A stretch of 64,000 bases of DNA from NCBI GenBank assembly GCA_965227265.1, contig OZ245738.1, positions 183,645 to 247,644 on the forward strand. The letters run 5' to 3'. Below the pieces are notes generated by a model that searched no databases, was not told the DNA's origin, and was given only the letters and a program-made list of their open reading frames with translations. The DNA comes from Cyclobacteriaceae bacterium (GTDB lineage: Bacteria > Bacteroidota > Bacteroidia > Cytophagales > Cyclobacteriaceae). Shown in pieces: positions 45,401 through 53,628 of the stretch. A program made the translations under genes and the position numbers. Each line of letters begins with the position of its first letter. Positions within the stretch are counted from its first letter, which is position 1.

Positions 45401-45761
45401 TGCCATCAGGCGAAACGGAAGTTGGATAATCATGTGCCGAGTGATACGTGAGCCGTACAGGCAATCCTCCGGCAGCTGGCATTTTAAAAACATCAAAATT
45501 TCCAAACCTGTCGGAAGCAAAAGCAATGGATTGACCATCGGGAAACCAAACCGGCATAAAATCGTGGGCGGCATGAGAAGTTAACTGAACAGCTTTCCCT
45601 CCAGTTGTGCTGACGAGATATAAATCACCTTGATAAGTGAAGACAATTTGAGAGCCATCGGGTGAAATGGATGGATATCGAAGCCACAAAGGCTGTTGAG
45701 CAAATGCCGTGATACTCGCGAATGCAGAGAAGAAAAGGAGGGGAAGTAATTTGTTTTTCAT
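42462..45761 (-). CDS. tricorn-protease-like S41 peptidase (TolB-like propellers + PDZ + S41 domain)
   Basis: 1099 aa. Signal peptide, repeated PSISPDG / SPDGK / FSPDSK propeller motifs, PDZ region, C-terminal S41 block (LIVDTRSNGGG). Confidence 0.85.
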   Translation of the reverse strand: MKNKLLPLLFFSAFASITAFAQQPLWLRYPSISPDGSQIVFTYQGDLYLVSTTGGKAVQLTSHAAHDFMPVWFPDGQSIAFASDRFGNFDVFKMPAAGGLPVRLTYHSAHDYPTSVSPDGKDVLFNSLRNDLESYADFPNGTMPELYQVSANGGRNLMTLTTPSEAAVYNASKTKIYFQDRKGYENPWRKHHQSSIARDLWVYDFKNGSFTQLTQFAGEDRNPVVDADENYLYYLSEESGSFNVHRLAIKGGAEKTQITGFKNHPVRFLSMSKNGTLCFSYDGEIYTLKNGGQPVKVNVTLQTDSKLNPYEILPINNGATQLAVSPNGKEVAFIVRGEIFVSAMEGGVTKRITNTPEQERTVSFSKDGRSLVYAAERDNNWNIYMTSIVRSEEPYFYASTVLKEIPVVATDADEFQPAFSPDSKEVAYLEERTALKVVNLASKNSRLIVPKNKSYSYSDGDQSFSWSPDGKWFLVSFLMENHWITDIGLVSAAGNSEIINLTKSGYADGDPQWMMNGKMMIWFSDRDGLKNHGSWGASTDVYGMFFTQEAYDTYKLNENDYKLFKEKEDEKKKEPAESKIETDKKTKSTPEEKKSDNVVINLKGLDERKVRLTIHSSLLSDAIVTQDGERLFYTTNIEKGVDLWTTNLRTRETKILTKLGDNASSLSLSKDEKKLFAIVDGKPCKIDAETGKKEVINISGEMLLYKKQELSYIYDHAWRQVVKKFYVEDLHGVNWGYYKKEYAKFLPHISNNWEFTELLSELLGELNASHTGCNYSPGPRNGDATASLGIIPDQKYSGNGILVSHVLLNGPLDKAESKVRKGTIIEKIDGETIDAGSDYFQLLNLKAGKNTLLSLYNPATKQRWEEVIKPVTLGAENELLYQRWIDNRAAQVDSLSSGKVGYIHVRGMNDPSYRILFEEALGKYGNRESLIVDTRSNGGGWLHDDLVTFLGGKKYLDVIARGQYLGFEPQRKWTKPSAVLIGESNYSDAHMFPFAYDSKSQGLTVGMPIPGTATAVWWEQQIDPTLVFGIPQVGMVGSDGKYLENTQLEPDVKVKNRYETLIKGQDEQLQKAIELLIRQQTEKPNPPENIKNPEKKAKN

Positions 45762-45853
45762 GACGATTGGAGAATTTTCCCAAAAACTACCGGAATTTCC
45801 TATCTATTTAAAAGTTGATTTGACAGGCGGTTCTGTAAATATCTAAAGTGAGG

Positions 45854-45886
45854 TTTGGAAAAATGGGTGCATAGTCAGTAATATTG
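45854..45886 (+). promoter_or_regulatory. candidate promoter for tRNA-Asn
   Basis: TTTG 45854-45857, 21-nt spacer, TAATATTG 45879-45886 (one mismatch to TAnnTTTG). Confidence 0.4.
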
Positions 45887-45905
45887 CACTCCTTTTTTAG
45901 GAAAT

Positions 45906-45979
45906 TCCTTCTTAGCTCAGCTGGTTAGAGCACCTGACTGTTAATCAGGGGGTCCTTGGTTCAAGCCCAAGAGAAGGAG
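45906..45979 (+). tRNA. tRNA-Asn (anticodon GTT)
   Basis: Hand-folded 74-nt cloverleaf: TCCTTCT/TA/GCTC-AGCTGGTTA-GAGC/A/CCTGA-CTGTTAA-TCAGG/GGGTC/CTTGG-TTCAAGC-CCAAG/AGAAGGA/G. Confidence 0.9.
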
Positions 45980-45981
45980 CA

Positions 45982-46015
45982 AAGGCGCTTTTTTAAAGCG
46001 CCTTCTTTATTTTTT
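45982..46015 (+). terminator. intrinsic terminator after tRNA-Asn
   Basis: AAGGCGCTTT-TTT-AAAGCGCCTT followed by CTTTATTTTTT. Confidence 0.8.
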
Positions 46016-46030
46016 CTAATTGCTGTTTAA

Positions 46031-47653
<1,623 letters not shown>

Positions 47654-47791
47654 TTCAGGCCATTTTGTCTTGAATTTTTAATTAATTTCCATTTTTCCGG
47701 TCAAAATGACTTAAAAAAGTCATCGGCATACTTTTCCCTATAAGGGTATCATGAACAACAAATTCATGTTAAATCCAAAAAAATAAAAAGT

Positions 47792-48232
47792 ATGAGCCTT
47801 ATACGTTATAACTCCGCGCTGAACGATTACACACCAACATCCTTCAGCAATTTGATTGATCGTTTTTTCAGTGAATCAGCTGCCCGCAGTGGCGGTTCTG
47901 CGTATTCCTTCGTTCCCCGGGTGGACATTTTTGAAGAAGAAAACGCTTTTGAAATTCACCTGGCTGTTGTCGGCATGAAAAAAGAAGATTTTAAAATCGA
48001 TGTAAACGACAAATTCCTGACGATTAGTGGTGAACGTAAATTCTCCAAAGAGAAAAAAGAAAACAACTTCCGTTCGATCGAAACACAACACGGAACCTTC
48101 AGCAGATCATTCACGCTGCCTGAAAATGTAGATGCGTCTAAAATCAACGCAAAATACAACGATGGCATTCTGGAGATCACCATCCCGAAGGATGAGAAAA
48201 AAGCATTGAAGCAAACCATCAAAGTAAATTAA
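47792..48232 (+). CDS. Hsp20 / alpha-crystallin small heat-shock protein
   Basis: 146 aa. PRVDIFEEENAFEIHLAVVGMKKEDFKIDV ... GTFSRSFTLPENVD ... AKYNDGILEITIPK. Confidence 0.92.
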   Translation: MSLIRYNSALNDYTPTSFSNLIDRFFSESAARSGGSAYSFVPRVDIFEEENAFEIHLAVVGMKKEDFKIDVNDKFLTISGERKFSKEKKENNFRSIETQHGTFSRSFTLPENVDASKINAKYNDGILEITIPKDEKKALKQTIKVN

Positions 48233-48234
48233 TT

Positions 48235-48262
48235 GTAGAGACGCAAAATCTTGCGTCTCGAC
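48235..48262. repeat. REP-like palindrome, 2 mismatches
   Basis: GTAGAGACGCAAAATCTTGCGTCTCGAC, 3 nt after the hsp20 stop and upstream of the T-run terminator. Confidence 0.85.
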
Positions 48263-48294
48263 TTTCGTTTTAAGTGAAGTTTGGTTGAGGGGTA

Positions 48295-48328
48295 CCCCGT
48301 TTGGCAGCAATGCTGGGCGGGGTTTTTT
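48295..48328 (+). terminator. intrinsic terminator after hsp20
   Basis: CCCCG..GCAGC-AAT-GCTG..CGGGG imperfect hairpin followed by TTTTTT. Confidence 0.65.
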
Positions 48329-48436
48329 ATTTTATTTTCACATGAGCGAGGAAAGAATCCGTCTGTCAAAAGCTCCGAACTACTTCCATCCTAAGAACGT
48401 TAAAAGCATTACCTTTCCCATCCTTTCAAAGTAGAT

Positions 48437-49873
48437 ATGAAGCGCACTGGTATTCTGATCGCGGTAATTTTCCTGGTAACATTTATTGGCGGTATTCTCG
48501 GCTCTATTTTCACCGTAAAATATTTGAGTGACAGCATCCCCACGTATCAGTCCATTGAAGACCGGCAAAATGCTGTTCTGGCAAATTATACCCGCGACAG
48601 TACTTACGTTGTACCGAAAGATGTGAACTTCCTTGTGGCTTCGCAGAAGGTTGTTCCCAGTGTAGTTCATATCCAGGCTTCGTATGGTTCTGGCTCTTTC
48701 AGTCTTAATCCGTTGGAATTATACTATCAACCACAGGAACGCTCTTCCGGTTCAGGTGTAATCATTTCGGATGATGGGTATATTGTTACAAATCATCACG
48801 TAATCGAAGAGGCAACAAACGTGGAGGTGATCATGAATAACAACCAGCGTTTTTATGCAAAGATTATCGGTACCGATCCGAGTACCGATTTAGCATTGTT
48901 AAAGATCAAAGCAAGAAATCTTCCCTTTGTTCCATACGGAAATTCAGATGCTGTTAAAATTGGTGAGTGGGTTTTGGCTGTAGGGAATCCATTCAATCTT
49001 AATTCAACCGTAACGGCTGGTATTGTAAGTGCACGTGCAAGGAACATTCGTATCCTACGCGAGAAAAATAACTTACAAGTTGAGTCATTCATTCAGACCG
49101 ATGCTGCTGTGAATCCAGGAAACAGTGGAGGTGCATTGGTTAATCTGAAAGGAGAACTGGTTGGTATTAATTCAGCAATTGCAACAGCTACAGGAACGTA
49201 TTCAGGGTATTCATTCGCTATTCCTGTAAGCCTTGTAAAGAAAGTAATGGATGATCTGTTGGAGTACGGGCAAATTCAACGCGGATTGTTGGGTGTTCAG
49301 ATCACCGATGTAAACGCAAGCATTGCAGAGCAGCTTAGTCTAACGATTAATGATGGTGTATTGGTGACGCGTGTTAACCTCGGCAGTGCAGCAGAAGAAG
49401 CAAATCTTCAACCCGGTGATGTGATCACGGCTATTGATAATCATTTTGTAAAATCAGTTTCTGAATTGCAAGAATGGGTAGCACGTAACCGCCCGGGAAA
49501 AGATATTAATGTGACGTATTTACGGGACAACAAATCAAATGTTGTTAAAGCTCGCTTAAAAGATAATGACGGCCGTGAAGGCACTTATAAAAAAGAAATC
49601 CGGTACGAGTTCAATGGAATGGAAGTTGAAGATATGCTATTCAATGAGCTCACTAAAATGAAGATTGAAAACGGCATTCAGGTGAAAAAGATTAATGATG
49701 GAAAATGGAAAGAGGCCGGTATTAAAGAAAGCTTTATCATTTCGTTCCTGGATCGAGTTCCGGTTGATAACGTAGAAGATTTTAACCGCATGCTGGAATA
49801 CAAACGTGGCGGAATACTCATCGAAGGTTATTACGAAGCAGGCGAGAAGAAAGCCTATGCACTGGAATGGTAG
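48437..49873 (+). CDS. HtrA/DegP-family serine protease with PDZ domains
   Basis: 478 aa. TM anchor, catalytic blocks TNHHVIE, DLALLKI, GNSGGALVN, then PDZ (LGVQITDV ... LQPGDVITAIDN). Confidence 0.9.
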   Translation: MKRTGILIAVIFLVTFIGGILGSIFTVKYLSDSIPTYQSIEDRQNAVLANYTRDSTYVVPKDVNFLVASQKVVPSVVHIQASYGSGSFSLNPLELYYQPQERSSGSGVIISDDGYIVTNHHVIEEATNVEVIMNNNQRFYAKIIGTDPSTDLALLKIKARNLPFVPYGNSDAVKIGEWVLAVGNPFNLNSTVTAGIVSARARNIRILREKNNLQVESFIQTDAAVNPGNSGGALVNLKGELVGINSAIATATGTYSGYSFAIPVSLVKKVMDDLLEYGQIQRGLLGVQITDVNASIAEQLSLTINDGVLVTRVNLGSAAEEANLQPGDVITAIDNHFVKSVSELQEWVARNRPGKDINVTYLRDNKSNVVKARLKDNDGREGTYKKEIRYEFNGMEVEDMLFNELTKMKIENGIQVKKINDGKWKEAGIKESFIISFLDRVPVDNVEDFNRMLEYKRGGILIEGYYEAGEKKAYALEW

Positions 49874-49883
49874 GATTTTCGAT

Positions 49884-49993
49884 GTTAGAGGTTCGAAGCT
49901 TGAAGTTCGAACTAAATTCTAATCTCAACTCCTTCTAAAATCAAATCTCTAACCACGAACTTCTAACTTCCAATCTCGAGCATCTAATCTCGA
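49884..49993. repeat. low-complexity degenerate periodic region with inverted arms
   Basis: TCTAA at 49918, 49934, 49948, 49962 and 49983. AATCTC at 49921, 49944, 49972 and 49986. Arms GTTAGAGGTTCG (49884-49895) and CGAACTTCTAAC (49956-49967) are complementary at 11 of 12 positions. Confidence 0.6.
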
Positions 49994-49999
49994 TTTTGT

Positions 50000-50007
50000 T
50001 ACTTTTG
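50000..50007 (+). promoter_or_regulatory. candidate -7 box upstream of the aldehyde dehydrogenase gene
   Basis: TACTTTTG matches TAnnTTTG, 22 nt before the ATG. No good -33 TTTG at the expected spacing. Confidence 0.3.
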
Positions 50008-50029
50008 TACCCTCATTTATCAGAATATC

Positions 50030-51571
50030 ATGGAAACCTTCGGAATCAAAGAATCACTGGCTGTATTAGGCATAAAAAAAATAAACCCAGGTGCATCGAC
50101 TGGAACAAAATGGCTCAAAACGTCAGGTAAAATCATCGATTCATATTCTCCGGCAGACGGAATTTTGATTGGCAGCGTTCGGGCGACTGATCCGAAAGTA
50201 TTTGCGCAGGTAGTTGAAAAATCAAAGCAAGCTTTTAAAGAGTGGCGCACTTGGCCTGCACCGAAACGCGGTGAAGTGGTTCGTCAGATTGGTGAAGCGT
50301 TGCGAAAATATAAAGAGCCTTTGGGCAAGCTTGTTTCCTATGAAATGGGAAAATCTTACCAGGAAGGTTTGGGTGAAGTACAGGAGATGATTGACATCTG
50401 CGATTTTGCGGTCGGATTGTCACGTCAGCTTCATGGACTAACCATGCATTCCGAACGTCCTAATCATAGAATGTATGAGCAGTATCATCCGCTTGGAATT
50501 ATTGGTGTAATCTCGGCATTCAATTTTCCGGTAGCAGTCTGGTCATGGAACTCGATGCTTGCGTGGGTATGTGGCGATACCTGTATTTGGAAGCCGTCAG
50601 AAAAAACTCCGCTATGCAGTATTGCTTGTCAGAATATTGTAGCTGAAGTTTTCAGAAAGAATAATGTTCCGGAAGGAGTGTCGTGTATTGTTAATGGTGA
50701 TGCTATTATCGGCCAGCTCATGTCGAAGCATGAAGATATTCCGCTTGTATCCGCAACCGGTTCAACCCGTATGGGAAAAGCAGTTGCGAAAACTGTTAGT
50801 GAACGATTAGGTCGGGCGTTGCTTGAGCTTGGTGGCAATAACGCCATTATTATCTCTGAAAATGCGAATATGGATATAGCCATTCGCGGAGCATTGTTCG
50901 GAGCAGTAGGAACGGCCGGTCAACGTTGTACCACAACGCGCAGGTTGATCATCCACGAAAAAATCTACAACCAGGTTAAAGAGCGTTTGAAAAAAGCATA
51001 TGGTCATTTGAACATCGGCAATCCGCTGGATCCGATGAACCATGTTGGACCGTTGATTGATAAACAAGCCGTTAAGCTTTATTCCAATGCGTTGGGTCAG
51101 GTTAAACGGGAAGGTGGAAAGTTTGTGGTTGAAGGGGGAGTGCTGAAAGGCAAAGGTTATGAATCAGGCTGCTATGTAAAGCCGGCCATTGCGGAAGTAA
51201 AAAACGAGTACAAGATCGTACAGCACGAAACCTTTGCTCCGATTTTATATTTGATCAAATACAAAAACATTGAACAAGCTATTCAAATCCAAAATGGTGT
51301 GAAGCAAGGCTTGTCATCTTCCATCATGACCAACAACATGCAAGAGATGGAGGCGTTCCTTTCGCAAAACGGATCGGATTGTGGAATTGCGAATGTTAAC
51401 ATCGGAACATCCGGTGCTGAGATTGGCGGAGCCTTTGGTGGGGAAAAAGAAACCGGTGGTGGTCGTGAGTCTGGATCAGATGCGTGGAAAATATACATGC
51501 GCAGACAAACCAATACAATCAATTATGGATCAACCTTACCGCTTGCGCAAGGCATCAAATTCAACATTTAA
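50030..51571 (+). CDS. aldehyde dehydrogenase, ALDH7 / aminoadipate-semialdehyde dehydrogenase-like
   Basis: 513 aa. LELGGNNA, catalytic GQRCTTTRR, C-terminal GGAFGGEKETGGGRESGSDAWK typical of the ALDH7 type. Confidence 0.8.
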   Translation: METFGIKESLAVLGIKKINPGASTGTKWLKTSGKIIDSYSPADGILIGSVRATDPKVFAQVVEKSKQAFKEWRTWPAPKRGEVVRQIGEALRKYKEPLGKLVSYEMGKSYQEGLGEVQEMIDICDFAVGLSRQLHGLTMHSERPNHRMYEQYHPLGIIGVISAFNFPVAVWSWNSMLAWVCGDTCIWKPSEKTPLCSIACQNIVAEVFRKNNVPEGVSCIVNGDAIIGQLMSKHEDIPLVSATGSTRMGKAVAKTVSERLGRALLELGGNNAIIISENANMDIAIRGALFGAVGTAGQRCTTTRRLIIHEKIYNQVKERLKKAYGHLNIGNPLDPMNHVGPLIDKQAVKLYSNALGQVKREGGKFVVEGGVLKGKGYESGCYVKPAIAEVKNEYKIVQHETFAPILYLIKYKNIEQAIQIQNGVKQGLSSSIMTNNMQEMEAFLSQNGSDCGIANVNIGTSGAEIGGAFGGEKETGGGRESGSDAWKIYMRRQTNTINYGSTLPLAQGIKFNI

Positions 51572-51623
51572 CTGTACTTTTTATTTCAGGTTGAAACATT
51601 TAATTTTATAAAAAGCTGCTGCC

Positions 51624-52031
51624 ATGCCAACGAAAAAATACCGCTCTGTGATGCTGATTGATGATAATGAGATCGATAACCTCATTAATCAGAAAATGAT
51701 TGAAGCGGCATCGGTAGCTGAAAATATTTACACGCACACGGGAGCAAAGAGCGCAATCGAGTTTCTTAAGAACATGGAGAAAATTGAAGTGGCGGATAAA
51801 GTTCTGCCCGATGTTATCTTCCTGGACATCGACATGCCACTCATGGACGGTTTTCAGTTTCTGGAGGAATTTGAAAAGCTTAACACCACAACCAAGAAAA
51901 AGTGTAAAATCGTTATGCTTACTTCATCGATTAATCCACAGGATTTTAATCGTTCGAAGAAGTATGAAAATGTTAAGCATTACCTGAACAAGCCGCTTTC
52001 GCACGAAAGCATTATGAAGCTTGAGGTTTAG
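51624..52031 (+). CDS. stand-alone response-regulator receiver domain
   Basis: 135 aa. LIDDNEID, phospho-acceptor context VIFLDIDMPLMDG, MLTSS, NKP. Confidence 0.85.
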   Translation: MPTKKYRSVMLIDDNEIDNLINQKMIEAASVAENIYTHTGAKSAIEFLKNMEKIEVADKVLPDVIFLDIDMPLMDGFQFLEEFEKLNTTTKKKCKIVMLTSSINPQDFNRSKKYENVKHYLNKPLSHESIMKLEV

Positions 52032-53485
52032 AATTCTGTAAGCTTATTCACCAGCGCATCATCCAGCTTCACAAGCAAGGTTGGGGCAAAATAATTTACT
52101 TTCAGGCCAGCGAATCGCGGAATAACAGCAGCGATCTTTTTGGCTTTCTCTTTTTTGGCTTCGCTTACTGCAATTTTAAGAATCTTAATAAAAAGCTGAA
52201 TGTTTTCACATTCATCTTTTCCAAACATCCGAATCTGGCGTTGAATGCTGTTTGCCAGTTGATTAAACAACTCATAATCCTGCAGCAGAACATATTGTAA
52301 AGCCAGAAGCGATTTAATCTCCAGTAAGGTATACGGGTATTTCTTTAAACTTACTTCGTTCAATAAAGTATTGATCAATTTGGCGGCTTCATCATATTTA
52401 CCCGCATAGTAGCACGCAAGCGCTCTGAACGTAATGTAAATTACATGCTTCGGAGTATCGGTAGTGTCAGGTTCGTATTCTACGAGAATCGTTTCGGCTT
52501 CAGGGTATAAATCAGCTTCATTGCCCAACCGAATGTTGCGTTCAATTTTAGAAATTAAGAACTGTGACGGAAACGTATAGGTTGAGTAATTTGTAAGTAA
52601 GTTTGTAGTGGCATCATTTACCTCTTCATAGAATTTCTCAGCCTGGCGGTAAACTTTATAATGATTGTAGTACTCCAGCTTTAAAAATTCAAATACAAGA
52701 TTAATATGATAATAAATGACATCCTGCGGATAGTTATCAAAGATCTTTTGGACTTTTGCAAAAATATCTTCGATTGACTCGTTGTCTTGCTGAGTTTCGT
52801 CTTTAGCATTTTCATCCTGCTCAACAAACAATCGGTGGAAAATCAACATGCAGCTGCGGTAAACGTATAACCTGTGTGATTCATACAGGTTAGCTACGTT
52901 CTGCATTTCCTTCATCAACAGGGTAAGCCCCATTTTTTCAACAGCATCTCCGGTAAACAGGTAGCTTCCGTATTTTTTAAAGTAGTCCGCGAGCAAATCT
53001 TCGGCTTTATCCAGCGCAAGCATGTACGCAACGTGCCGGTTGTAAAGCTGTGAGTATTGGAAATAATCTGAAGAATTGATGTTGAGCTTTTTCAGTGACT
53101 TATAGATAATGGTCAGTTCGTTGGCCAAGTCGTAATCAATAAGTTCTTTTTCCAGTTTTTTAAGCGTTGCAATAGAGATCGTTCGTTTTTTAGTAAACAG
53201 AATCTCATTGATGTTAGCCACTTTCCGCAGCACATCCGTACGCGGACTTTCCAACTGCTCCATCAGGTATTCCTCGATCTTGAGGTTTAGCCTGGAACGC
53301 AATGTGTAATAGGCGTTTGCGTTCACCTCCAGCTCGGCCATGATCTTATTATCCGATAACTGGCGCTCGCGCAGTGATTTGAGCAAGTAGGCTGATTTTT
53401 CGGCATTACTTTCGATAAGAGAATCGTAAATAGCTTTGAAGTCCTTTTCGGAAAGCTGCTTAACAATGTTCTTAAGTTTTGCCAT
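52028..53485 (-). CDS. hypothetical all-helical protein with a possible N-terminal HTH (sigma-70 region-4-like) and a TPR-like repeat body
   Basis: 485 aa. LSDNKIMAELEVNANAYYTLRSRLNLKIEEYL resembles a region-4/LuxR-type HTH. The rest is helical repeats (YYAGKYDEAAKLINTLL). No P-loop. Confidence 0.4.
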   Translation of the reverse strand: MAKLKNIVKQLSEKDFKAIYDSLIESNAEKSAYLLKSLRERQLSDNKIMAELEVNANAYYTLRSRLNLKIEEYLMEQLESPRTDVLRKVANINEILFTKKRTISIATLKKLEKELIDYDLANELTIIYKSLKKLNINSSDYFQYSQLYNRHVAYMLALDKAEDLLADYFKKYGSYLFTGDAVEKMGLTLLMKEMQNVANLYESHRLYVYRSCMLIFHRLFVEQDENAKDETQQDNESIEDIFAKVQKIFDNYPQDVIYYHINLVFEFLKLEYYNHYKVYRQAEKFYEEVNDATTNLLTNYSTYTFPSQFLISKIERNIRLGNEADLYPEAETILVEYEPDTTDTPKHVIYITFRALACYYAGKYDEAAKLINTLLNEVSLKKYPYTLLEIKSLLALQYVLLQDYELFNQLANSIQRQIRMFGKDECENIQLFIKILKIAVSEAKKEKAKKIAAVIPRFAGLKVNYFAPTLLVKLDDALVNKLTEF

Positions 53486-53577
53486 TTTGTTTTTGGGAGT
53501 GAAAATTTACAAAAATTATCGGCTAGTACAATAAACAAAAGGTCGTGAAACGCGTTTTACAGTGCCTTATACCGTTA

Positions 53578-53610
53578 TGTAGTAAAGTTGTTGTAGTCAA
53601 ACTTTGTAGT
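53578..53610 (+). repeat. three direct TGTAGT repeats in the divergent intergenic region
   Basis: TGTAGT at 53578, 53592 and 53605 (spacing 14 and 13 nt). The last two are TTGTAGT. They end 19 nt before the ATG at 53629. Confidence 0.5.
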
Positions 53611-53628
53611 TTTACCCATTCGGGAGTT

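Noticed and set aside
48380-48670. 96-aa minus-strand ORF overlapping the htrA start
   Set aside because: It overlaps the well-supported HtrA N-terminus and has no signal or motif. It is probably spurious.
53545-53628. Upstream GTG start for the WG-repeat protein (ORF-track start)
   Set aside because: The added 28 residues (MKRVLQCLIPLCSKVVVVKLCSFTHSGV) precede a good signal peptide that begins at the ATG at 53629. I prefer the downstream start but cannot exclude the longer form.
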